From the NCBI RefSeq assembly GCF_021869535.1, contig NW_026262690.1:76756001-76820000 (forward strand): 64,000 nt of DNA. Reading direction: 5' to 3'. Below, piece after piece: positions 38,250 to 48,967 of this stretch. The position numbers and the translations under genes were made by a program. The DNA is from Mytilus californianus (Eukaryota). How positions within the stretch are numbered: position 1 is the first letter of the stretch; each line of letters opens with the position of its first letter. A model generated the notes under the pieces. That model was given only the letters and a program-made list of their open reading frames with translations. It was not told the DNA's origin and ran no database searches.

Positions 38250-38900
38250 CAGAGAAGGAGATATTTGTTTAGATTTCCTTTAGGTTCATATGTTAAACTA
38301 TCATGTCCTGATGTGACACTCATCTTTGGATCGGCACCAAAACAAAACATAATCTGATCATTCGAGCACAATATCAATGCAATCTGTCAAACAGTTAACT
38401 GAGGTTTTGTGTACGGATATGTACTTCCTATAGGATTCTTTGTGTACCATATTGACATCTTTCAATTGTTGAATGCTGCTCTCTATTCTTTTGAATTAAT
38501 CGTTGTTGGTTTGTTGTCTCATGAGCGCACTAGTTTTTTAGTTGCTGATCTATGCCTTTATTTCCCTCATAGACTTATTCTTTTTGTTCTGGTGGGATCC
38601 ATTTTTGGAAACCTATAACAATTGATACTGCATCAAATATTTTGCATCAATTTGTAAAAAGTTGTTATTCCCAACATGCTTTTTATGGTATTATTTATGA
38701 ACCTAATACTTTATAAATTGTCATTTGAAAAAGTACATCATGAGAGAAAGATTGTATCGAAGTGTTACAAAGTTCTGTCAAGTGGTCCATGAGCAATTGA
38801 TGACACATGGGACATAAGGACAAAAGGACAGACTCCCCCATCATTAAATACATGTACCATACCCTTTAGCAGGTGGGTTAAGTCGCCACATACACGAACA
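38250..38900 (-). pseudogene. Decayed B-box/coiled-coil (TRIM-like) coding remnant
   Basis: Broken minus-strand frames: LCPMCHQLLMDHLTELCNTSIQSFSHDVLF, KKHVGNNNF...VSKNGSHQNKK, and RIESSIQQLKDVNMVHKESYRKYISVHKTSVNCLTDCIDIVLE, with many stops. Pattern recognition only. Confidence 0.3.
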
Positions 38901-40709
38901 GGAATAAAAGTGCCTGTCCTAATTCAGGAATCTTTGGGAAATAGTGGTCAATTGAAATATTATAACACATTTATATAACAAGAGTGTCCACGCTGAAATG
39001 TCGTGCCTGCTTTACTGACCATGCACTATTTCTTTTGAAAGTTTAATGCATAAAAGTACCACAGAAACTTGACATGTTCAATGATCCATGACAATGAAAT
39101 TAGAGTCTGTCAAATTATGACAGTCAATTCTATAATCATAGATTAGACAGTCCATATATCACGATAATGACCAGTTTTTCAATAACTATTATATAATTAA
39201 ATTGTTTTGAACATGCATGTAATATTTGCCACTGGACATTAAGCACATTTTGAATACATGTATTGTAAGTACTTTATGAATATGTTAGTATTTTTGAGGA
39301 CTCTCACTGACTCAGTAGGATTATTTTTATATAATGGGATTATCCTCTTGAAATAAAGATTATTTATACGAAATTTTGTTCAATAATTATGTGTCGGATT
39401 ATTAGGGTGTCGGTTCATTGGGTCGTCGGACTTTTGGGGTGTCGGACTAATGGAGCCTTGAACCGACATAAATTCAATCATTGACCAATAAAAAAAAATA
39501 TATTTCTACAAAGTGTATGTACATGATCTCTTCATATAAATTTCACATGCAGTTTCCCTTGTAGTATGAAAACCAGGACAAGACCTGTTCAAACAGGAAG
39601 ATTAAGAAAGCAAAGAAAACTGTGCACTTTATAAAAGGGTCTGGATGGGGTTTCTTCATTTCTGTATTCTTTAATATTTTATACCATTTTCACTATTTAT
39701 TATAAATTTTGCCTGTTATTCTCTTTTCTTTATATTCAAGCACCATATTATTCTCTATTTTTCATGGCTACTTCATAAAGACAACAAAGGGACTGATATG
39801 AAAGCCTGCCATTCTAAAGTTGCATTAAATCCGTGAAAAAAGAAGGGACATTGGATAATTGTCTGTTTTCTGTTTCTTGGTCTTTTCTCACTTGCCGTTG
39901 GAGGCAAAATTTATGTCTCTTTAGTTTGTATCTTATTATAAAAGAATATAGGTGAAAAATATAATCCCGCTAACATGTTTAACACCGCCACATTCTGTAT
40001 GTATGTGACTGTCCCAAGTCAGGAGCCTGTAATTCAGTGGTTGTCGTTTGTTGGTGTGTTACATATTTGTTTTTTGTTCATTTTTTTTGTACATAAATTA
40101 AGCTGTTAGTTTTTTCGTTTGAATTGTTTTACATTTGTCATTTCGGGGCCTTTTATAGCTGACTATGCGGTATGGGCTTTGATCATTGTTGATGGCCGTA
40201 CGGTGACCTATAGTTGTTAATTTCTGTGTCATTTCGACATTTGGTCTCTTGTGTAGAGTTGTTTCATTGGCAAACATAACACATCTTCTTTTATATAAAC
40301 AAATATATGCAAGTCTAACGTTCTGTTACCCCTTATGGAACCCGTTTGAACTAAATTCCAAAGGAAAGACATTTTTTGAGATAATAATTTTTTTGTCTTA
40401 CACATAAATGTCAACATGCATGTGAACCAAATGTATACACATTTATTGTTTGTTTGAAAAGGCAATTTGGGTGAAAACAGTTGTGAATTTGACTGCATAC
40501 GTCTGACGTTAACGGAATCAAAAAGGTAGACTCTAAGGTAATTTTATACTGTAACTTTATGTGCTAAACCGTTATATAATCCAGATGACACTGAGGAAAA
40601 AATCATTCATTGACATTGTTAATATTCTATTCTTTTCTTTTTTTTTTGGATGTATTTTTCTTAATAATTACATGCATGAAGTGTGTATTTATGTTCAGAA
40701 AAATAATTA

Positions 40710-41182
40710 GAGTGAGGTGCACATATTCGCCGGGGACACAATTTCGCCGTTTTATGATTTTGAGGTGTAAAAACTTCAAAGGATGGATGAAATGGAAGAA
40801 ATATGACGGTAAATTATATTTTTATAACAAATATGATTATTTTTTAAACTTAGACAAAATTTTGGCACTCAGCGCAAAGGACCAAAAAAAACGGACAACG
40901 TTTTGATAAATATTGTTTTAAGCTGCAGTTATGTTGTTTTAAATAGATGTGTAAAAATGGCGAATATGTGTCCCCCTTTGACAAAACATCAGGAAATTTC
41001 AAATTGCCTTTAATCTAACTTTTCAGATGAATTTTTTTCAAAGAAACACGTTTTCAAGCTAAGAATATTTTTCTTTTGATGTTATCTTCATATAGAAATA
41101 TCAGTATACTTCAAAAACATAAAGACCTGAACATAAACTGCAGAAAACATGGAAAATTATGGCGAAAATGAGCACCCCACTC
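40710..41182. mobile_element. MITE with about 22-bp TIR and TA TSD
   Basis: TA|GAGTGAGGTGCACATATTCGCC ... GGCGAAAATGAGCACCCCACTC|TA. Confidence 0.75.
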
Positions 41183-42048
41183 TACTGACTTAGCACTAAA
41201 AAAGTGCATTGAAATAGGATCAAATAGGCCTAGTTTTTTGTCGAAATAGAAGACAAAATATAAGAAATTATATCAGGATGTTCACAAAAAAAAAAAAAAA
41301 ACGAGTAAAAGTATGATTTCTTAAGTTTGTAAAACTTACATGAACAATAGCAATTCGTAGACGATTCGAAAAGGACCCTCCATCTCTGACTTGTCGTGGA
41401 AATCGTCTGTTTCTATAACTTTAAGACTTTTTGCAAGTGGCTTGTAGAACAATATTTTCTCTGTTGTAGTCTCAAAATCTTGCCGTCCTCTTGCTGAGTT
41501 TTTGTCTTGCTTTGTCGCACCAAAAGCATATTGACGTTTCATATCTGTGACGTTGCAAAACTTGTGCCTCTCTGTAGAACAGCGCTTTCCCGCCGTCCAT
41601 AATTTTTCCCGCGTCAATTGAGCCGTAATTATGAAAAGCGATGTAAAAGTAATTGTATGAAAACTATTGCTCTAAGATTGTTATAAACGATGTTTTTAAT
41701 ACAACATTATTTAAAAATACAACTTTTAACCTTGAAATATAGTTTTTTTTTTTTATCTTTCTTGTCTTTATAAAAAAAAATGAAAATAATATACCCATTG
41801 CTACTAGCCATTTATAAGCGCTTTTGTTTTATCTTTGTCAAGTGAAATGCATAACTGATTCTTAACCAAGTTGGCAAGTATTTCATGCAATATTTAGGAC
41901 GTATGAAATTTAATGTACAATAAATCTGTTGCTCAGTGGGTCCTACAAAGTAAAAGATCTGTGATGAATGGCTCAAAATTGAGGTTTTGCCAAGTGCTGG
42001 GAAAGGATGATTTGTAGGATAGGAAAAAAATCATTTGGTCACCTACTT

Positions 42049-42299
42049 AGGGAGCTACCATTTGATTTTTATGGGGGGGGGCTAGGATGAAAAATTTTGT
42101 CCTGTCTTTTTATTTTTCACTCTATTCGGTCCTGCATTTTTTTATGTTTATCCTGACTTTTTTTTACCTAAATTGTCATCCTGACTTTTTTTTTTGCAAG
42201 TGTCTCATCCTGCCTTTTTTTGTACTCAAAACTCCTGTCCTGCCTGTTTTTTTTCAAATTTCATCCTAGACCCCCATAAGAATCAAATGGTAGCTCCCT
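42049..42299. mobile_element. Complete MITE with TIR AGGGAGCTACCATTTGATT(T/C)TTATGGGGG (possibly Kolobok-like)
   Basis: About 40-bp inverted termini; T/A-rich flanks; partial copies at 2671-2882 and 36539-36746. Confidence 0.8.
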
Positions 42300-43208
42300 T
42301 ATTTAACATCCCCATTTCGAATGAAAATAAATATTTTTTTAGATTAATGCTTCAATGATGAAACGGGAATAAAATGTATTGAAATATCGTATGGCAGTAC
42401 AAGTATATCGGGTAAAATTTGTGTACTTTTACAAAAAAAATTCTTCACTGAGAATTCAATCGCGGCATTTGAGTCCTAAAGAAATTTTCCAGTTCTCTAA
42501 AATAAAGCGTGTATTGTGTATATATTAGTATTTCGCGTAATCAAGTATAACAGTTACCTTTTCTATGATTATTTATTAGGAATGCGATTATTATATGAGA
42601 TATTCTGATTGAAAGATGTATGAAAAAAACTGACGTTTAACAAATTTCTCGAAAGTACTAGTATGCAACATTTTACATGAAAATGACGAACTAGATAATT
42701 AGTAAACACGTTAAATAAGTTGGTATTACAGTACTAACAAGCTTATGATCCTGTATCAATTTTTGTCATCCGTTTTAAGTATACAAATAATGCATTTAAT
42801 TCAGTTTGCTTCATGACCTTCATTCCCGCCAAAATCGTCCTTTTGGCGCCGTCTTTTGACATAGTCAGTGCTCCTCAGGATTGTGACGTTACTATGGACC
42901 TTTGACGTTCTACACAATCAACAAGATTTGTGTGTAGAAGCCATAAATGTCCCTTTGGCAGCAAGAGGGTTAATATTGAACATAGTATTACAATTGCCTA
43001 CGTTTATGTGATTGGATTTCATGACGTCATTCATTGTTTACAAACGTTATTTTTGCACTCGCACTGACATTTCAACAAGTCAACAGTTCAAACTTCTTCT
43101 GGACAAAAGGTATGGTATATATTGAAGACATTGAATATTTTAAAACTGAGAAAATTGTCGCATGGCTAATTTAAAACACATATCCTAAGTAGGAAAATAC
43201 GCGTTACA

Positions 43209-43375
43209 CATTGGCGGATCTAGGGGGGTCCGGGGGTTGGAACCCCCCCCCCTTTTATTGGACGATCAATGAATTTGAATGGGGACATATAGTTGGACCC
43301 CCCCCCCTTCCCCGACCCTAACCTTTTATCCAGTGTTGGGAAACCTCTTTTAAAAAATGGCTGGATCCGCCCCTG
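43209..43375. mobile_element. MITE CA(TT/GG)GGCGGATC.AG family with 6-bp TSD GTTACA
   Basis: CATTGGCGGATCTAG ... CTGGATCCGCCCCTG; GTTACA at 43203-43208 and 43376-43381. Degenerate second copy at about 43679-43820. Confidence 0.7.
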
Positions 43376-46300
43376 GTTACAGAACTTTAACTGTATAAAA
43401 TGCCAAAATCAATGCCATGGCATTTGTAAAATATTAATGGAGACGCTAAATCGTGGGTTGTTTTAGTCCAAATAATTATGACGTCTTGGAAGGCTATTTT
43501 AAATTTTTGCTTTGACGCCTTCCTGCGAAAAAAATATAATAGCCTTTCAAGACGTCATAATTTTTTGGACTAGGGTTGTTTTGAATATTCATATTATTAC
43601 TACTTGACCAAACGTTATGATATTTGAGAATTATAAATCCTGAATGTTTCTGAACATATGATAAGGAAAAGGGGGTGGGCATCGGCGGATCCAGGGGGAG
43701 GGGTGCGAGGGTTGGAACCCCCTTTTTTTTTGCGATTAATGCATTTGAAAGGGAAAATAAATTTGGGAACTCTATCTCCTGATTTTTGATCCCCTTTTTA
43801 AAAATTGCTGAATCCGACCGACACATGCTCATTTCCTCAAATCCTGTGTTTTTGTCACACAGTATTTTTTTCCGATCTTTTCCCACTTCCCACTTCTTTC
43901 TCTTCTGTCCCGATCCCACTTGTTCCTATTTTGACCGTTTTTTTTACTGATGCTTCATTTATTTGTGATACATTTTGATATTAGTCCACCATTGTCCCAG
44001 GTGCCTTATATAATCCCGCCACATTGACTGCTATATATTGTTTATTATTTTTCTTGTTTGAAATGTTTACAATAACATTTTAGTTACTTTTGGATTTTTT
44101 TATTCAGCCATGCTGGATCTATGCGATCACTCTGGTTTTGAAGATGGTGCAAAATACTAAGTTTAAGATATATCATGAAACTAATTATGTGTTTTTATGA
44201 CTTGCAGAAACTTTCTACACCATTTTAATCATCAACTGCAAACTTTTGAAATGTTATAATTATTATAAAGAGCACATAAATAGACTGATGGTTAAAGCTA
44301 CATGTGCATGAAATATTTGTCACTGGCAAACACCAATACTTCGAGGTTGATGGATTTAATTATCATATTTTGCTTTTTTTATTTAGGAATAAATTCTCAG
44401 AATGATTAACAGCATAGAAGACAGCCGTTGAAATGGGAACGTACGATGTGAAAATTAAAGACCTATATACAGAAGGATGTATTTTAATATGGCATTCATC
44501 AGAAAAGACAATATTTAATCATAAACCATGTAATTCCGAGTTTCGTACAAGTACCAAAACATAAAAGATGGATGCTTGTAATGAGCTCATATTAGAACTA
44601 GGGAGTCCGCTGGAATTACCAATCTACATGTAGCAAGACACATCATATGTGAGACTGAATTGAGGAAAAGACACCAGCCAGGAAACTGACATTTTATAAA
44701 GCATTCCAAAGAAAAGATGGCAAAGGGGGAGAGCAATAAAACATGATACAAGCAAAATTAAGTGTTTCTTTGATTGTTTTATTTATGAACCTTAATTACA
44801 AGGGTCATAAAATAATCAAGGGGTTATATAGTACAATTGTATCCTAAGTTTCTGCTGAATTTAACTATATGTTGTACTTAATATATATCAACAGAAATAT
44901 TCTTTAAATAATTTAAAATGTGCGAATCTTATTCCACCGTTATATAAAAAAAATGTAGTGGTGCTTGCAGGCAATATTTTATGAAAAATTGTTTTTAAAT
45001 TCACCAAAAACTTGCTACATAGCAAGAATACGCCATGTTTGCCAGCTTTTACATAAATAAAAAAAAACTTAAATGTCACTGGTACATCCATATGAAATAA
45101 AGTCTGCTGCTGCCAAAAATCAAGATTACAAACTATGTTTCTAAAAGTAGATTACAACAATACTGAACTCTGAAAAATTTTAAAAAGCGGGGAAATTTCA
45201 TAAACATCTGGCAAAACCAAACGCTAAAGCACATAAAAATAGCAGAACGAATGGAAAACAACCGTCATATTCTTAACTTGGTAAAGGCATTATCTTAATT
45301 TTCTCATAATAATCCTCCCAGTATTTCAAGTATTCTTACTCTGAAAGGAAAATATGAAAGAAAAATCATTTGCAACTTTACAAATTATCGGCATGAAAAT
45401 GATTGACATTTTTGTCACAGACTTCATATGTTTATTTGACAATAAAGATTATTATATTAAAACAATTGTGATGATAAATAAAAGAAATAGTTATGATAAA
45501 AAAAAAGGAGATGAGACATTGTTTTATGTTAATTACAATACATTGCCTAACATATTAACATATGGAATCATTAATGTCAACATGTTTTAAGCAATAGCAA
45601 AATACCAAAAATGAACAGTATTGAAGATTCTTATCTTGTTAGATATTTGTATAAATTGTGCGGTTTTATACACATTGATATTGTAAAATATCAGCCTCGA
45701 ACCACAATGTAAATCTCTCTGGTGTCGATTGCGTATTTTTTTTAAACACAGAAAGACAGTCGCAATCAAAATCAAGGAGTAAACAAAGACTCATAAAACC
45801 AAAGTGCATTTACAACAACAGTTAAAATACATAAAAAGAAACAATACCAACTCGACTAAAAACCGGGAATGAATTCATGTGCTTCTAAAGGGTAAACAAT
45901 TCCCTTGAGAAAATCTGATAAACTGCTTATCTTGCTTCATTTTTGTTGTTTTTCCCTTCACTTCAATAGTTTTTTGATAGACGAAAGTAAGCTTGATACT
46001 TTTCCTCAGTCATTTTCACGTCGCCAAAAATTCCTGCTCAGTAGAGTGATATAGTCGAAGAGAAAAACCATAAGTTTTAATATGTAACCAGCTAAATGAG
46101 GAGTATAATAATATAGTCACAGAATTATCCAACCTATTTTTGGATACCAATTGTACTCAGATGCACATTTGTCAAAATTTCTCTTATGATAGAGGTCAAC
46201 ACTGAATCAGCGATGTCTACACAAGATACAAAATATAAAAAAATATAAAAAAGAGTCATCAACATGTCAAAATATACCATACTATACTTACTTAGTTTAT

Positions 46301-46425
46301 AAGTTTTCAGTTCCCAATATTTTTTGAAACAATATGCATTCAGATTAAAAAGATAAACCACACCAAATCGACTGCTACAGCTATACCTAAAGAAACAACT
46401 ATTTTTGATATATGGATAAGGTGCG

Positions 46426-46920
46426 CACTAAAAAGTAAGTATTTACTAAAAAAGTAAATGACAAACATCAGTACAATACTAGGACTAATAAAATCGGTAC
46501 AATTACAATACTAACAAAATAAGTACTAAAACATTACTGACAAAATCAGTACAGAAACATTACTGACAAAATCAGTACTAAAACATTACTGACAAAGTCA
46601 GTACTGAACTAGTACTGACAAAATCAGTACTGAAACAATACTGACAAAATCAGTACTGAAACAGTACTGTCAAAATCAGTACTGAAACAGTACTGTCAAA
46701 ATCAGTACTGAAACAGTACTGACGAAATCAGTACTGAAACAGTACTGAAAAAAACAGTACTGAATTTATAGAATTAGTTACGGTACAGATATTGTATAAT
46801 AATAAACAGTACTGAAATAATAGAAAGTATAACATTACACATTTTTAATCTCATCAAACAGTACTGATATGTACGAGGGTAGAAATGTACCAAAAAAACG
46901 TGGGTAAATTCTTGGTAGTG
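46426..46920 (-). repeat. Right arm of the composite element (inverted copy of 35270-35626 with an expanded CAGTACTG array)
   Basis: CACTAAAAAG ... CTTGGTAGTG; about 140 bp longer than the left arm, mainly from extra 21-bp units (acattactgacaaaatcagtactga). Confidence 0.85.
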
Positions 46921-48082
46921 TAGTATCATAAAATATATGAGAAGAACATAACCCGTATCATGCCAAAAAACTGGTTTTAGAATAAATGTGTTTATTTCCG
47001 ATGCAAAGACCCTATGAGTGAATCAATATTAATTCCAAAATATGCCATCTTTTATGACCTGACAACATGCAGTATCGTAACTATATCCCTTCTGAATAAG
47101 TCTGTTTAAAGGTTTGGTTAGCTTTTGAGGTGAATGACGACATTTTTGAGATTGTAAAGAATATTACCATAAAATATTGGATGTGAAATACCTGAACGTA
47201 TAAGATGTCTGCATGTTGATTTATATTTACGAATGATGTCCTTGTACCAATGATAAAATCTAGTAAATGTTTTGACTAGTTTGTGATATTGAAAACCCTG
47301 GTGTAATAAATTTTCAGTAATACAGAGATTTCTTTCGTTAAAATCAAATACGTTGTTACATACACGAGCGAATCGAACAAATTGAGATACACCATAAAAT
47401 GGTGACAAGGGAACTTCACCATCTAAAAATGGATAATTAACAATAGGAAAAGAAAAATCATCTATTTTATCGTAAATTTTGGTATCAAGCTTCCCGTTAA
47501 AGATATAGATATCAATATCCAGGAAAGGGCAGTGTTCATTGTTAGTATTAGCTTTATTTAAAGTCAGTTCAACAGGATAAATCTCTTTAGTGTACACACT
47601 GAAGTCGTCATTATTGAGAGCCAATATATCATCCAAATATCTAAAAGTGTTATTAAATTTTTATATCAGATGCTGTTTCGGTGGGTCTTTGCTGATTTTA
47701 GTCATAAATTGTAACTCATAACAATACAGAAACAGGTCCGCAATAAGTGGTGCACAGTTAGTCCCCATTGGAATTCCGATAACTTGACGATATACGGAAT
47801 CTCCATAGCGAACAAAAATGTTTTTCTAGTGAAAATTCAAGTGCAGTTATCGTATCAAAGCAGGTCCAATTGACACAGTTTTGAGTATGTATGCGACAGA
47901 TTTCCGTACGGACAGTAAAAATTGGTACAATTTTCAATAAATAATATTACAAAAAAGCAGATATATTATTATTGATGTAAGGAAATACGCATTTGAATTT
48001 CTCTGGTTAAAACTGGTTAGTCAGATTTTATTTGAAATCATACGAAGTGTATTGCTTTCTTTGTGTGTTAATGAGTCTGGTT
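46921..48082 (-). mobile_element. 5'-truncated Penelope-like retroelement reverse transcriptase (probably Naiad-type), pseudogenised
   Basis: NIFVRYGDSVYRQVIGIPMGTNCAPLIADLFLYCYE...RYLDDILALN...FLD...IYDKIDDFSFPIVNYPFLDGEVP...SQFVRFARVC; in-frame stops; no GIY-YIG visible after the RT; truncated at the poly-C at 48083-48103. Confidence 0.85.
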
Positions 48083-48514
48083 TCCCCCCCCCCCCCCCCC
48101 CCCAGGGAAAGTATAGACCTTTATATTTTCAGTAGTTTCCTTAGTACAAAGTGGTAAATCGATTATGAAACACAATATATTTACGTAGACTTATACAGTT
48201 CTTACAAAACATTTTAATTATTTTAGCCTTTTAGTCTAATTTGTATTTTTACGAAGATATTGTTATGAAGGAATGCATATGGGTTATTAAAGATCTGTAA
48301 GGCCCAAACTAGGCTAATATTGTTGATAAAATTACGCAATATTATTTGAGGAATTCTAATTTCATTAAAAGTTTTGAAATATATTATAAACTTATTATAT
48401 ACTTTATCATTCTTGTACATTTTCATCGTCAATAGGTATCATATGCCTCGATTTAACAGAATATTTTTTGTTTAAATCAAATTTTGTAGGAGTGTCTTTT
48501 AGACAGCGATATGA

Positions 48515-48967
48515 GGTTACAAGAGCGCAATTATTTGTTTACATTTTACGTTTTTTACCCCAAGATGGTACTCAGAATAGAATCCTATACGTCTTCTGAT
48601 TGGATGATACAGGATTGGAATTACATTTAATCGAAAGCTTATCCAATTAGGTTTAAAAATTGCAGAAAATCATATTCACATTTTACGAAGTATAGAAAAT
48701 ATCCTCCATTTCTGCACGTCGGAGCCATTAAAAATATGCCTTTTTCATTAAGCGAAAAAAATAGACGATCTTTTTCAACTGCATTTTAAGTCAATTTCTG
48801 CCGCATGACCCTATATATTTTTTTGATTGTAATGCAACACTGGCATTTCTAGTAACAGGAACTGCAATCCGTTTTTCCCTAGTTTATGTAGTCTTCGAGA
48901 AAAAAAATACGGAACACCAGTGGTACCCTATGGAAAATGCATTACGAATAATTGCGCTCTTGTAACC
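48515..48967. mobile_element. MITE with 21-bp TIR GGTTACAAGAGCGCAATTATT and 4-bp TSD ATGA
   Basis: Perfect inverted termini; ATGA on both flanks. Confidence 0.8.

Larger units (their letters stand above)
37551..41600 (-). pseudogene. Putative two-exon orphan gene or pseudogene inside the composite element (one frameshift)
   Basis: GC-richer exon 41600-41340 with ATG and strong donor ttcat|gtaagt. Reads MDGGKALFYREAQVLQRHRYETSICFWCDKARQKLSKRTARF, then after a 1-nt shift in a T4 run ETTTEKILFYKPLAKSLKVIETDDFHDKSEMEGPFRIVYELLLF. A phase-compatible acceptor at 37626 gives INKLAKICDITYSGRAVQNNTEAEL*. No family recognised; the exon pairing is speculative. Confidence 0.3.
35270..46920. mobile_element. 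11.65-kb composite CACTA/EnSpm-like (CMC) transposon with inverted 357-bp and 495-bp arms and TA TSD
   Basis: Left end CACTACCAAGAATTTACC and right end GGTAAATTCTTGGTAGTG are perfect reverse complements; TA on both outer sides (35268-35269, 46921-46922). The arms are homologous for over 300 bp. Confidence 0.75.

Noticed and set aside
42955-42975. AGAGGGTTAA as a piggyBac end
   Set aside because: No matching TTAACCCT partner found.
35270-46920. Inversion between two independent inverted MITEs as the explanation for the arms
   Set aside because: An inversion would place the PLE continuation inside the segment in reversed orientation. Instead it lies outside the right arm, in the original orientation, with the TA duplication.
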